Source: Treponemataceae bacterium
GTDB lineage: Bacteria; Spirochaetota; Spirochaetia; Treponematales; Rectinemataceae
Length of the DNA stretch: 64,000 bases
Reading direction: 5' to 3'
Assembly: GCA_963667725.2 (NCBI GenBank)
Contig: CAXXHO010000003.1
Coordinates: 256,001-320,000, forward strand
The position numbers were made by a program, and so were the translations under genes. The notes under the pieces are model-generated. The model searched no databases. It was not told where the DNA came from and saw nothing but the letters and a program-made list of their open reading frames with translations. The stretch's first letter is position 1, and each line of letters opens with the position of its first letter. Shown in pieces: positions 47,167-55,742 of this stretch.

Positions 47167-49489
47167 GAATTTTTTCTCCGTCGGGCATAGCCTCCCCAAG
47201 ATCGACGGCCTAGGTCTCGTTACGGGCCGGCCGGCCTATACGGATGACCTCGCTCCCAGGGACGCGCTCGTCGTCAAAATCCTGCGAAGCCCGCACGCTT
47301 TCGCCAGAATCATCTCCATCGACGCGTCGAAGGCGCTCGCGTTGCCCGGCGTCGCTTGCGTCCTGACGTGGAAGGATGTCGGGCGCGTGTCCTATACCCG
47401 CGCCGGCCAGGGACATCCCGAGCCCAGTCCGCACGACAAATTCATACTGGATGAATATGTGCGCTATGTCGGGGATGAAGTCGCCATCGTCGCGGCCGAG
47501 GACGACGCGACGGCCGAGCGGGCGCTATCGCTCATCGTTACGGAGTACGAGATTCTCGAACCTGTTCTGGATTTCGAGAACGCGGCCGACAATCCCATCG
47601 TCATCCATCCCGAACCAGAAATACACGAAATGTTCCCCATCGGTTTTAAGCCTAAGCGCAATATCGCGGCCGCCTACGACATGAAAATAGGCGATGTCGA
47701 AAGGGAACTCGCCAAGAGCGATACCGTGCTGCAGAAGGCATTTTACACGCAGGCTCAATCCCATGTCGCCATGGAGCCTCATGTCGCCTACAGCTATCTC
47801 GATATCCACGGCAGGCTGAATATCTGCACGAGCACGCAGAATCCCTTCCATACGCGGCGCATTCTCGGCCAGGCGCTTTCGATGCCCCTCTCCCGGATCA
47901 GGGTGATGAAGCCGAGGATCGGCGGAGGTTTCGGCGGAAAGCAGCATATCCACGTCGAGCCCTTCGTCGCTCTCGTCACCCTGCGGACCGGCCGCGCGGC
48001 GCGCCTCGCCTTAAGCCGCAGGGAAGTGTTCGAAGCCACCTTCTGCCGGCATCAGATGCGTATCAGCATTCGTATCGGCGCCGACAAGGATGGTTCGCTC
48101 AACGTTATCGACATGAACGTGCTCTCCAACACCGGCGCGTACGGGGAACACGCGCTGACCGTCTTCATGGTGGGGGGCTCCAAGACCTTGCCGCTCTACA
48201 ACAAGACGAAAGCCGTGCACTACGGCGGAAAGGTCGTGTACACCAACAAGGTTTCCTCGGGCGCTTTCCGCGGTTACGGCGCCATCCAGGGGAATTTCGC
48301 CCTGGAGTCGATGATGGACGAACTGGCGCATGCGCTGCGTCTGGACCCGGTGGCCCTGCGCGAGAAGAATATGATCCGCGAAGGCCAGACGAGCGAGGTT
48401 TTCCGGATCATGGGCGAGGGGAGCGAAGGCATCGAGATGACGGTCGAGTCCTGCAAGCTCGATTACTGCGTCGCGCGAGGCAAGGAACTGATCGGATGGG
48501 AGCCTGGCAATTTGGCGCGGGAAGTGGCGCCGGGCAGGATCAGGGCCAAAGGCATGGCCATCGCGATGCAGGGATCGGGCATTCCTCTCGTCGATATGGG
48601 ATCGGCGACGCTCGAACTCCAGGACGGGGCTTGCTTCAAGCTGCGAATGGGCGCCACCGACCTGGGAACGGGCAGCGATACGATTCTCGCCCAGATAGCC
48701 GCTGAGGCGCTCGGTGTTCCAGTTTCCTCCATCGTCGTGTACGCGTCGGATACGGATCATACTCCTTTCGACGTAGGCGCCTACGCTTCGAGCACTACCT
48801 ATGTGTCGGGCAACGCTGTCCTCGCCGCGGCCAGGAAAATGAAGACTGTCCTGGAGGAAGCGGTGGCGGAACGTTATGCGATAAATAAAGACGAAGTGGT
48901 CTTCGACGGCGTCAATTTTCTTAGGAAAGACGGGAGCGCCCTTGTCGGTCTGGCTGAATTCAGTTTCGACACGCTCTACCACAACGGCGAGCTCATGAAA
49001 ACCCTGACTGCGACGGCTTCCTTCACCGGGGAAAAGTCGCCGCCGCCTTATATGGCCGGTTTTTCCGAAATTGAAGTGGATCTCGAGACCGGGAAAGTGG
49101 ATCTTCTGAAGTATGTCGCGGTAGTCGATTGCGGCACGACGATAAATCCCAATCTCGCTCGCATCCAGATGGAGGGCGGACTGCTCCAGGGCATCGGCAT
49201 GGCCTTGTTCGAGAATGTCAAATACAGCGGGAAGGGAAAGCTTCTCACTAACAGCCTCATGACCTATACGGTGCCTTCGCGTGAGGATGTCGGGGAGATT
49301 GTCGTGGAGTTCGCGGACAGCTACGAGCCTTCGGGACCTTTCGGCGCCAAGTCCGTGGCGGAAATCGGCATAGACACGCCGCCGGCTGCCATCGCCAACG
49401 CTATCCGGAACGCCACCGGTCTGCGCCTGGTCGAAACGCCTTTCACTCCGGAACGCGTGCTTATGGCGCTGAAGGCCGCGGCTAAATAG
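47159..49489 (+). CDS. Xanthine dehydrogenase family molybdopterin-binding subunit (XdhD-like)
   Basis: RSPHAFARI, Q.H.AMEP, GGGFGGK, AFRGYG, ASSTT, GPFGAKSVAE. Confidence 0.92.
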   Translation: MSKNFFSVGHSLPKIDGLGLVTGRPAYTDDLAPRDALVVKILRSPHAFARIISIDASKALALPGVACVLTWKDVGRVSYTRAGQGHPEPSPHDKFILDEYVRYVGDEVAIVAAEDDATAERALSLIVTEYEILEPVLDFENAADNPIVIHPEPEIHEMFPIGFKPKRNIAAAYDMKIGDVERELAKSDTVLQKAFYTQAQSHVAMEPHVAYSYLDIHGRLNICTSTQNPFHTRRILGQALSMPLSRIRVMKPRIGGGFGGKQHIHVEPFVALVTLRTGRAARLALSRREVFEATFCRHQMRISIRIGADKDGSLNVIDMNVLSNTGAYGEHALTVFMVGGSKTLPLYNKTKAVHYGGKVVYTNKVSSGAFRGYGAIQGNFALESMMDELAHALRLDPVALREKNMIREGQTSEVFRIMGEGSEGIEMTVESCKLDYCVARGKELIGWEPGNLAREVAPGRIRAKGMAIAMQGSGIPLVDMGSATLELQDGACFKLRMGATDLGTGSDTILAQIAAEALGVPVSSIVVYASDTDHTPFDVGAYASSTTYVSGNAVLAAARKMKTVLEEAVAERYAINKDEVVFDGVNFLRKDGSALVGLAEFSFDTLYHNGELMKTLTATASFTGEKSPPPYMAGFSEIEVDLETGKVDLLKYVAVVDCGTTINPNLARIQMEGGLLQGIGMALFENVKYSGKGKLLTNSLMTYTVPSREDVGEIVVEFADSYEPSGPFGAKSVAEIGIDTPPAAIANAIRNATGLRLVETPFTPERVLMALKAAAK

Positions 49490-52400
49490 CGACAACAGAT
49501 GGATCGAGGGCGGTGATCCCTGGGAGCGATAGCCGCTCCAGATATTCAAGAAAGGCGCGGGGACCCGAGGAAATATGGAGATTGTGGAAGTCTGGGGTAT
49601 CCGACTGCTTTTCTTCTTCGCTGCATACGATCGTCAGCGCGCCGCGTCGAATGGCTCTATGCAAGTCGGTCTTCTCGGCGGAAATTTTTCCAGGATTCCT
49701 GTTTTCCGAGCCAGGTATCAATTCTTCTAGTAAAGCCTGTCCTGACCATAGAATGGTCTTTGCCCCATCGAGCTTTCGAGCCAGCAATTCCTGTCCTGCC
49801 TCGCTATCCAGTTTCCCTTCCGTCGCCATGATCAGCTTGTCGGTGTAAGAGACTTTAAACGCGTCCATCATCGCCTGGGCAGCCTGCGGCGCGAAACGGG
49901 TTGCCTGTCCCCCACGATCCGCGTCCGAGCCTTCCGGGGCGATGATCGCCAGGGAATCCACCCTCGGCAGCAGGGCCGCCATGACACCGAATTGGGCCCT
50001 CGTTTCCCTGCCGGCGAAAACGGCGATGAAGGGTCTCGGCGGATTCTCCAGGAGGGTCTCTAAGATCGCCAGCTCCTTGGCCACCATTGGACCAGCGAGG
50101 CGGTGATCGACGAATTTTGGGACGCCCGTGATGCTCGCGTGACGCCGATGGCAGACGTTGAACGCGTCGTTGACATACCATCCATCGGAGAGAGCGGCGA
50201 GAGAGCGCGAAAAAGCCTCGTCATTGTCCCGCTCGCCCGTGGCGAAACGGAGATTCTCCAGAAGGTTTACGGTGCCAGGAACAATGTCTTTTTTCGTGAT
50301 GAGGAGGCCTGAAGCGGCCACGCTCGTCTTGTGAAACACAAGCTGTCTGCCAAGTTGCTGTCCAAGCGCCTTCGCGATGGGCCCGAGGCTGAAATCGCGG
50401 GAAATCTCTTCCCTGGTGAGGCGCGCGTCGAGTCCGGCGCCCGGATCGCCTAGATGGGAACAGACGATGGGTGTCCCTCCCTTGGCGAGGATCGATTCCA
50501 GCGTCGGGGCGATTTGCCGTATGCGCTGCATGCTGCTTGCCTTCCCTCGGAGGATCTCCACATTCGCGTCCACCCGCACAAGGACGAATCCTCCATTGAA
50601 GGAAACCACTTCGCCGAGAGAAGCCCTGTGGAGATTCGTCTCGCGATGGAGGCGGGTCAGCTCGGAATCGATAAGGCTCCTGACGACGAGGGCTGTCTCG
50701 GCCGCCGTCGGGCAGCGCCCGACGGCGGCGCTCACCGTGGCGAGCGGAAGGAAAAACTCGGAAATTGGAGCGATGCCCCGATATACCGCTCCGGTGTTTC
50801 CGTCGGCCGTCACGCGTTCCCCCTCGCGCAGTACGGCATCACCGGCGGCGTGGAAGATCACCAGGCCTTTTTCATAATCGATTTCCACGTCGTCGCAGCC
50901 TACGATACATGGCTTGTTCATGGACATCGCGGTAATGGCAGCGTGCGACGTCCTCCCCGGGTAGACGGTCACGATGGCGTGAGCGCCGTTCATCACGTCG
51001 AAATCCGTGGGTTTCGTGTTGTAGGCGATATAGACGACGCTTTCCCTTCTCGCGGTCGCTTCCTTGAGGCGCGCCTCGCTGAGCACGAGGGTTCCCGAAA
51101 CGACGCCGCCGTTGATCGGCACGCCGACGGTAAGCGGCGGATTCCATCGCCTCGAGAGGAAATCGGCGCGAGGCAGGGCGGCGTTCGCGTACGCCATTTC
51201 CAGTCGATCGATTCTCGACCGGTATTCGGTCAAATCGATGACGCCGCGGCCGAGAAAGTCCGTATCGGCGACGAGCTGCGCGAAGGCTCCCAGTCTGGCC
51301 GCCCTGGCCTGAAGAAAATAAAGGGCGCCGTCTTCGACCGTGAATTCCAGGTCCAGATCCTGTCGGTAATGATCGACGAGCAGCTTTTTCGCGCGTTCCA
51401 ATTCTTCGTAGATTACGGGGTCGAGCCTGGAGATGGGTTCCGTGTTGGCGCTTCCCATGACAACTTCCTCGCCCTGGGCCATCCTCTTGAATTCCCCAAA
51501 AAGCTCGTCGTCACCGGTGATGGGGTTTCGCGTAATCAGCACGCCGCTTAAGGATTTTTGGTTCAGGTTCCCGAAAGCCAGCTGCTGTATCGTCACCGCT
51601 GTCTCGGCATTGACGTTGGCCGCCAGCGTCCGTGAATAGGCGTTCACCGCTCTCGATCTTCTCGATCCATAGACGAGCCCGACGCAGCGCAAAAGCTGTT
51701 CCTCCGGATCGATGAGGAAACGTTGGCCGAGCGCCGCGGCCAGGCGCGCCTCCATTGCCTCAACCGTGCTTTCCTCTTCTTTTCCTGCCTGGCCGGAGCC
51801 CGAGTCGCCGCCCAAGCCCGCATCGCCGTCCAAGCCCGCATCGCCGTCCAAGCCACTATAGCCATCAAGGCCTGACATAAGATTCAGAGCCGACAAGCAG
51901 TTTTCCAGAAAACGGCGATAGAGCGAGGCGGTGAGATGGAGGCCTCTCCTCTTCTCCATATGAGCGCGCACTTCGGGGCTCCATCCAACATTGAGGATGG
52001 TCGCCATGACTCCGGGCATGGAGGTGGGAGCTCCCGAGCGGACCGATACGAGCAGGGGGTGCTCAGGATCGCCGAGTTTCCGTCCGCTCTGTTTCTCGAG
52101 TTCCTTCACCTCTTCGCGGATGGCGGCGGTGAGTTTTCCCTTGAGCGCTCCGTCAGTATCCCAGCCGGCAAAGAAAGGATAGCCGAGCACGAAGGCCGGA
52201 GGGACATGAAGTCCCAATCGCGCCATATCGATGATGCTGTTGCCTTTGCCGCCCAACGAGGCCCTGATCCTCTCGTCCGTTTCCTTCCATGTCGCGGCGA
52301 TGAAGGATTTCTGATCCAGGTCGAGGCCTTCTTTGCCCGGGCTCAGGTCGGCATACAGCTGCCTGTCGTCTGTCTGGCGTTCCAGCTCCCTGTCCACAGC

Positions 52401-53654
52401 CGCTGCCACTTTTTCGGTGAATTCGCTCAATACGTGTATCTGGGTGCGGCGGATGAAGTTGTTGAAGAAGCGGGTCTTTATGGGGGAAAGCTTGGATGTG
52501 GGAACCTCGTACTCTTCCAGGATTCTGTTCAGAACGCCGCTCATCGTGTCTATGATGTCAGACTGCAGATAGCGTTGCAGTTCGTTGCATATGGATCCCA
52601 GGCAGCGTTTCGCCTTGATGAAATCGTATACGGACGATTCGCGAAGTTCGTCGATTTCCGCCTGATGGGTTTCGACATCGCCTATCGCGAGCCCCTTTAT
52701 GCTGGAGATATTGAGCAGTTCGCGCATCACCGCCAGCGTGTCCCTGAGGTTGCGGGGAGTGACCTCCGCGAAGTGGTTGTTTGTCAGATCGTTCGCGAGC
52801 AGGAAGACGAGCCTGCCCAGCGACAGGTCCAGAAGCAGAAAATCGTAGAGGCTTATCCGCGATTCGTGGAATGATTCCTTGAGGTAATGCTTGAAGCTCG
52901 CCAGGCGCTTCAGGAGATCGAGTTCGAGATAGGGCTTGGCCAGGTTGTCCGGCGTGAGCATTTCGAGAAAACCCTTCACTTCGGCCTTGAGGAAGCATCG
53001 TTCGAAAAGCCCCAGGTTCTGCTCGAGCTGTCGCTTAACGGACGCGAGATTTCCCTTCTCGTAATCCCATAGGTAATTCAATCGTTCCAGAAGATCTTCG
53101 GCGAGTTCGATGAAACGGTTCCCCTCGTTTTCGGCGGAAAAGAACCGCGGCAAAGCCACGTAACCCGCCTTTACCATCGGTTCGGCATTTCCCTGCTTCG
53201 CCAACTGAAGGTAAGGCAGCAGAAAGCAATGAATGATCCTAGGCGACAGGCGCCGGTGGACTTCTTTACGCAGGTCCCCCGCGAAACCCAGCAGAGGATC
53301 GTCCTCTCGGCGCTCCTCTTCGAATGCTTCGGCCGTCGCTCGGATCTGTTCTATCATTTCCTCGGCGTCCTGGCGCAGCGGCAGTTTCTTGAGCACTTCG
53401 CGGGCATAATAGATGAAGCTCGCCGACGGCTGGCGTACCGCCGCGAGCATTTCCCTCGCTTCCCGTTCTATGTCGGCGTAAAGGGTTTCGATATCGCCTT
53501 TCTTCTGCCTCATGTCGGGAACGCATTCATCCTGTCCCAGGAGGCGGAGATTGATAAGGAGTTCTATTAGAAGCTTGATCCGCTCCGTTTCGCCGGAGAC
53601 TGAGCGGACAAGACGCAGGTGGGAAATTATGCTTTCCCATGTGTTGAGTCGCAG
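49482..53654 (-). CDS. Multidomain PPDK-family dikinase: unknown helical N-domain, PPDK ATP-grasp, phospho-His swivel domain and phosphoglycerate-kinase-like C-terminal domain; no PEP/pyruvate domain (start uncertain, ORF open from 53720)
   Basis: LGGKG, LLVSVRSGA..SMPG, TRNPITG, AQGEEVV.G, EFTVEDG.LYFLQAR, RTSHAAI; then RVDANV, SHLGDP, LLENLRF, YVNDAF..HRRHAS, HISSG..FLEYLE...PGI.AL. Confidence 0.85.
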   Translation of the reverse strand: MRLNTWESIISHLRLVRSVSGETERIKLLIELLINLRLLGQDECVPDMRQKKGDIETLYADIEREAREMLAAVRQPSASFIYYAREVLKKLPLRQDAEEMIEQIRATAEAFEEERREDDPLLGFAGDLRKEVHRRLSPRIIHCFLLPYLQLAKQGNAEPMVKAGYVALPRFFSAENEGNRFIELAEDLLERLNYLWDYEKGNLASVKRQLEQNLGLFERCFLKAEVKGFLEMLTPDNLAKPYLELDLLKRLASFKHYLKESFHESRISLYDFLLLDLSLGRLVFLLANDLTNNHFAEVTPRNLRDTLAVMRELLNISSIKGLAIGDVETHQAEIDELRESSVYDFIKAKRCLGSICNELQRYLQSDIIDTMSGVLNRILEEYEVPTSKLSPIKTRFFNNFIRRTQIHVLSEFTEKVAAAVDRELERQTDDRQLYADLSPGKEGLDLDQKSFIAATWKETDERIRASLGGKGNSIIDMARLGLHVPPAFVLGYPFFAGWDTDGALKGKLTAAIREEVKELEKQSGRKLGDPEHPLLVSVRSGAPTSMPGVMATILNVGWSPEVRAHMEKRRGLHLTASLYRRFLENCLSALNLMSGLDGYSGLDGDAGLDGDAGLGGDSGSGQAGKEEESTVEAMEARLAAALGQRFLIDPEEQLLRCVGLVYGSRRSRAVNAYSRTLAANVNAETAVTIQQLAFGNLNQKSLSGVLITRNPITGDDELFGEFKRMAQGEEVVMGSANTEPISRLDPVIYEELERAKKLLVDHYRQDLDLEFTVEDGALYFLQARAARLGAFAQLVADTDFLGRGVIDLTEYRSRIDRLEMAYANAALPRADFLSRRWNPPLTVGVPINGGVVSGTLVLSEARLKEATARRESVVYIAYNTKPTDFDVMNGAHAIVTVYPGRTSHAAITAMSMNKPCIVGCDDVEIDYEKGLVIFHAAGDAVLREGERVTADGNTGAVYRGIAPISEFFLPLATVSAAVGRCPTAAETALVVRSLIDSELTRLHRETNLHRASLGEVVSFNGGFVLVRVDANVEILRGKASSMQRIRQIAPTLESILAKGGTPIVCSHLGDPGAGLDARLTREEISRDFSLGPIAKALGQQLGRQLVFHKTSVAASGLLITKKDIVPGTVNLLENLRFATGERDNDEAFSRSLAALSDGWYVNDAFNVCHRRHASITGVPKFVDHRLAGPMVAKELAILETLLENPPRPFIAVFAGRETRAQFGVMAALLPRVDSLAIIAPEGSDADRGGQATRFAPQAAQAMMDAFKVSYTDKLIMATEGKLDSEAGQELLARKLDGAKTILWSGQALLEELIPGSENRNPGKISAEKTDLHRAIRRGALTIVCSEEEKQSDTPDFHNLHISSGPRAFLEYLERLSLPGITALDPSVVAI
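51805..51858. repeat. In-frame 18-bp tandem repeat (3 copies plus 1 degenerate) encoding GLDGDA-like units
   Basis: TCGCCG(C/T)CCAAGCC(CGC/ACT)A x3; protein GLDGYS-GLDGDA-GLDGDA-GLGGDS. Confidence 0.8.
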
Positions 53655-53673
53655 AGCGTCGCCCCCTGCTTTC

Positions 53674-53702
53674 ACTATGGAGGAAGGGCTTGCCCTTGTC
53701 AA
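53674..53702 (-). promoter_or_regulatory. sigma70-type promoter of the dikinase-PGK gene
   Basis: Minus strand TTGACA-N17-CATAGT. Confidence 0.55.
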
Positions 53703-53818
53703 CAATTGGTGTGTAAGCAAAGCCAGGAGGGTAAATCAAGGATTCAGTTAAGCCCTTCGAGAGAGAATTTCCTGCGATGCTTACGGCACAGTTTTTGCCG
53801 CCGACGCTTTCCTTGCCT

Positions 53819-54637
53819 TTATTTTTGCGGAGCCATCCATTCCAGGACTGTCCTCACCATTTCAGGGGCGAATTCATTGAAGGGGAAAATATGGCTCGCA
53901 CCCTGGATGATATGCGTTTCGAAGGATGCCGCATGGGGCGCGGCCCGGCGAATGTATTCCGCCACGTTGGTTGGGATCGTCTGGTCGCATTCGCCCAGAA
54001 TCAGCAATGTATGAGACTTCAGCTTCTTTAGATTCCTGCGACAGAGTCTATTCAGTCGCATCAACTCTGCGGCCGGCGCTACCATCACATCGGCCCAATA
54101 ATCAGGCTGCAAAGCCATTCTCGCCGGACTCTGCATATCAAAAGCTGAGAGGGGGCGGTTCTGGGGAATGACGGGTTTGAATCGCGCGATCAAGGGAGTC
54201 AAACCTATATACCTGATGGAAAGCTTGAAAGCCGGCGCTAACAGGATCAGTTTCTGTACGTCGAAACTGATCGCGACGGAAGAAGCCAAGAGCCCACCCA
54301 TGGAATGTCCCGCCACATGAACGACCTCGTATTCCGCGCGCAGCTCGAGATAGGCATCATAAGCCTTGCGTGTCCAATCCTCAGCCCTCGTCTGCAGAAA
54401 ATCTCGCCTGCAGGTGCCGTGTCCGGGATACCGCGGCGCGCGGACCGCGTACCCCGCGGACGCCAGGCCTTGAGCCAAGGGTTCGAGTTCGCCAGGAATG
54501 CCGCCGAAACCATGAAGCAGCAGCACAGCCTCACGCGCTCCATCCGGATCGATCCTGATCGGCAATGCCTCTTGCACGGGAAGTCTTATTTTTCTTGTCT
54601 CGGAATCGGTCTGAAGCAGCTCGTTAAGGCGTGACAT
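53819..54637 (-). CDS. Alpha/beta hydrolase, carboxylesterase/monoacylglycerol lipase-like
   Basis: LLHGFGG, PGHG, GHSMGG, GECD, ASH. Confidence 0.9.
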   Translation of the reverse strand: MSRLNELLQTDSETRKIRLPVQEALPIRIDPDGAREAVLLLHGFGGIPGELEPLAQGLASAGYAVRAPRYPGHGTCRRDFLQTRAEDWTRKAYDAYLELRAEYEVVHVAGHSMGGLLASSVAISFDVQKLILLAPAFKLSIRYIGLTPLIARFKPVIPQNRPLSAFDMQSPARMALQPDYWADVMVAPAAELMRLNRLCRRNLKKLKSHTLLILGECDQTIPTNVAEYIRRAAPHAASFETHIIQGASHIFPFNEFAPEMVRTVLEWMAPQK

Positions 54638-54643
54638 GGACCC

Positions 54644-54672
54644 ATGCTAGCGCAGGATGAAGTTCAGAGCAA
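54644..54672 (-). promoter_or_regulatory. sigma70-type promoter, probably leaderless
   Basis: Minus strand TTGCTC-N17-TAGCAT-N6-ATG(54637); no SD. Confidence 0.5.
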
Positions 54673-54706
54673 GCAAGGGCTCGGCGACGGGTCGCCCGGC
54701 TCGTCT

Positions 54707-55624
54707 CTATTGAACCACCTGGCAGATCGCTTCTATATATTCTTTGGCGATCGGCGACAAAGGTCGGCTCTTATTGACGATATAGCCAATCTCCAGTTTT
54801 AACTGTTTGTCGCTTAAGGTCAAAGCCCTGACATTCGTATAATACTGCGTGCTGGAATAAGCGTGCCTGTTATGCGTGCCGACCGTATAGGCATCCGTCG
54901 TCGCGATCAGCTCGTTGAGCGTCGCGCGGTCCTTGACGGTAATCCGCTTTTTGTTCTCCGCCATACCGAGATCCTCCCATTCGGGAGCCATGCTGTAGTT
55001 CGCGTCTCGGTACATTACAAAAGGATACTCGCCGAGCTGTTCCGTACTCACCTTGGTCTGTCCGTCCCTGCAGAGCGGGTGGTCTTTGCCCATTATGACG
55101 GCCACGCTCTCCGTCGCGAGCTGATGATATTCGATGCCGTTATTGCCCAGCATATGGATGATGAGGCGTTTTTGCAGCGCGGAAAGGATGATCAGGCCGA
55201 TTTCCGATTCCTGCGAACGCACCGAATCCACTACTTCCTGGAAAGCGCCTTCAAAAAAGGAGAATTGGAAATTATCGCCTTTCCACTTCTGGCATATATT
55301 GATGAATACGGTATTCGCGAACCTGAGATACTGGCTGGCGATGGATAGCGACAGAGTGGGGCGACCGACGAGGGAATCGCAGAACTCCCCCAGCATTTTG
55401 AACTGCCTGTAGGAAGGCTGCGCGTACGAGAGAAACTCCCTGCCGAAATGGGTCAGCTCGACCCCTTTCCCGGTTCGCTCGAAAATCCGCGAGCCTAGCT
55501 CCGTCTCCAGCTGCTTGAGCGAAAGCGAAAGGTTCGGCTGCGAGACATAGAGTTTCTGCGCCGCTTTGTTTATGGAACCCTCGGCGGCGATGGTCAGGAC
55601 CTGTTCTATCTGAGCCATGCGCAA
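54707..55624 (-). CDS. LysR family transcriptional regulator
   Basis: GSINKAAQKLYVSQPNLS..LKQLE.ELG..IFER..KGV.LT; GAGG SD before TTG. Confidence 0.93.
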   Translation of the reverse strand: MRMAQIEQVLTIAAEGSINKAAQKLYVSQPNLSLSLKQLETELGSRIFERTGKGVELTHFGREFLSYAQPSYRQFKMLGEFCDSLVGRPTLSLSIASQYLRFANTVFINICQKWKGDNFQFSFFEGAFQEVVDSVRSQESEIGLIILSALQKRLIIHMLGNNGIEYHQLATESVAVIMGKDHPLCRDGQTKVSTEQLGEYPFVMYRDANYSMAPEWEDLGMAENKKRITVKDRATLNELIATTDAYTVGTHNRHAYSSTQYYTNVRALTLSDKQLKLEIGYIVNKSRPLSPIAKEYIEAICQVVQ

Positions 55625-55677
55625 GATTGACCTCTTATATCAAAAAACATATAGATAGTAATTAAAATTATATATTA

Positions 55678-55705
55678 TTGCGATATATGAATCAAGTGTT
55701 ATACT
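55678..55705 (+). promoter_or_regulatory. Promoter of the operon divergent from LysR, in an AT-rich intergenic region
   Basis: TTGCGA-N16-TATACT with TGn extension; TATAT-N8-ATATA inverted repeat at 55636-55653. Confidence 0.5.
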
Positions 55706-55742
55706 TTCCGGGCTGAGTCCAATAGGTGGAAGGAGGAAATAG

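Noticed and set aside
48011..49549. 512-aa minus-strand ORF, and similar long shadows at 2940-4103, 15957-17222, 27315-28337, 32479-33525 and 50454-51551
   Set aside because: Each mirrors a well-supported gene on the opposite strand and lacks an SD or protein motifs
49482..53720. Plain ppdK or pgk annotation, or a frameshift-fused pseudogene
   Set aside because: The PEP/pyruvate domain is absent and the PGK nucleotide motifs are selectively eroded while the frame is continuous, so neither standard name fits
55636..55653. Canonical LysR T-N11-A box
   Set aside because: The inverted repeat TATAT-N8-ATATA has even symmetry and does not fit T-N11-A, so it is noted only as part of the promoter region
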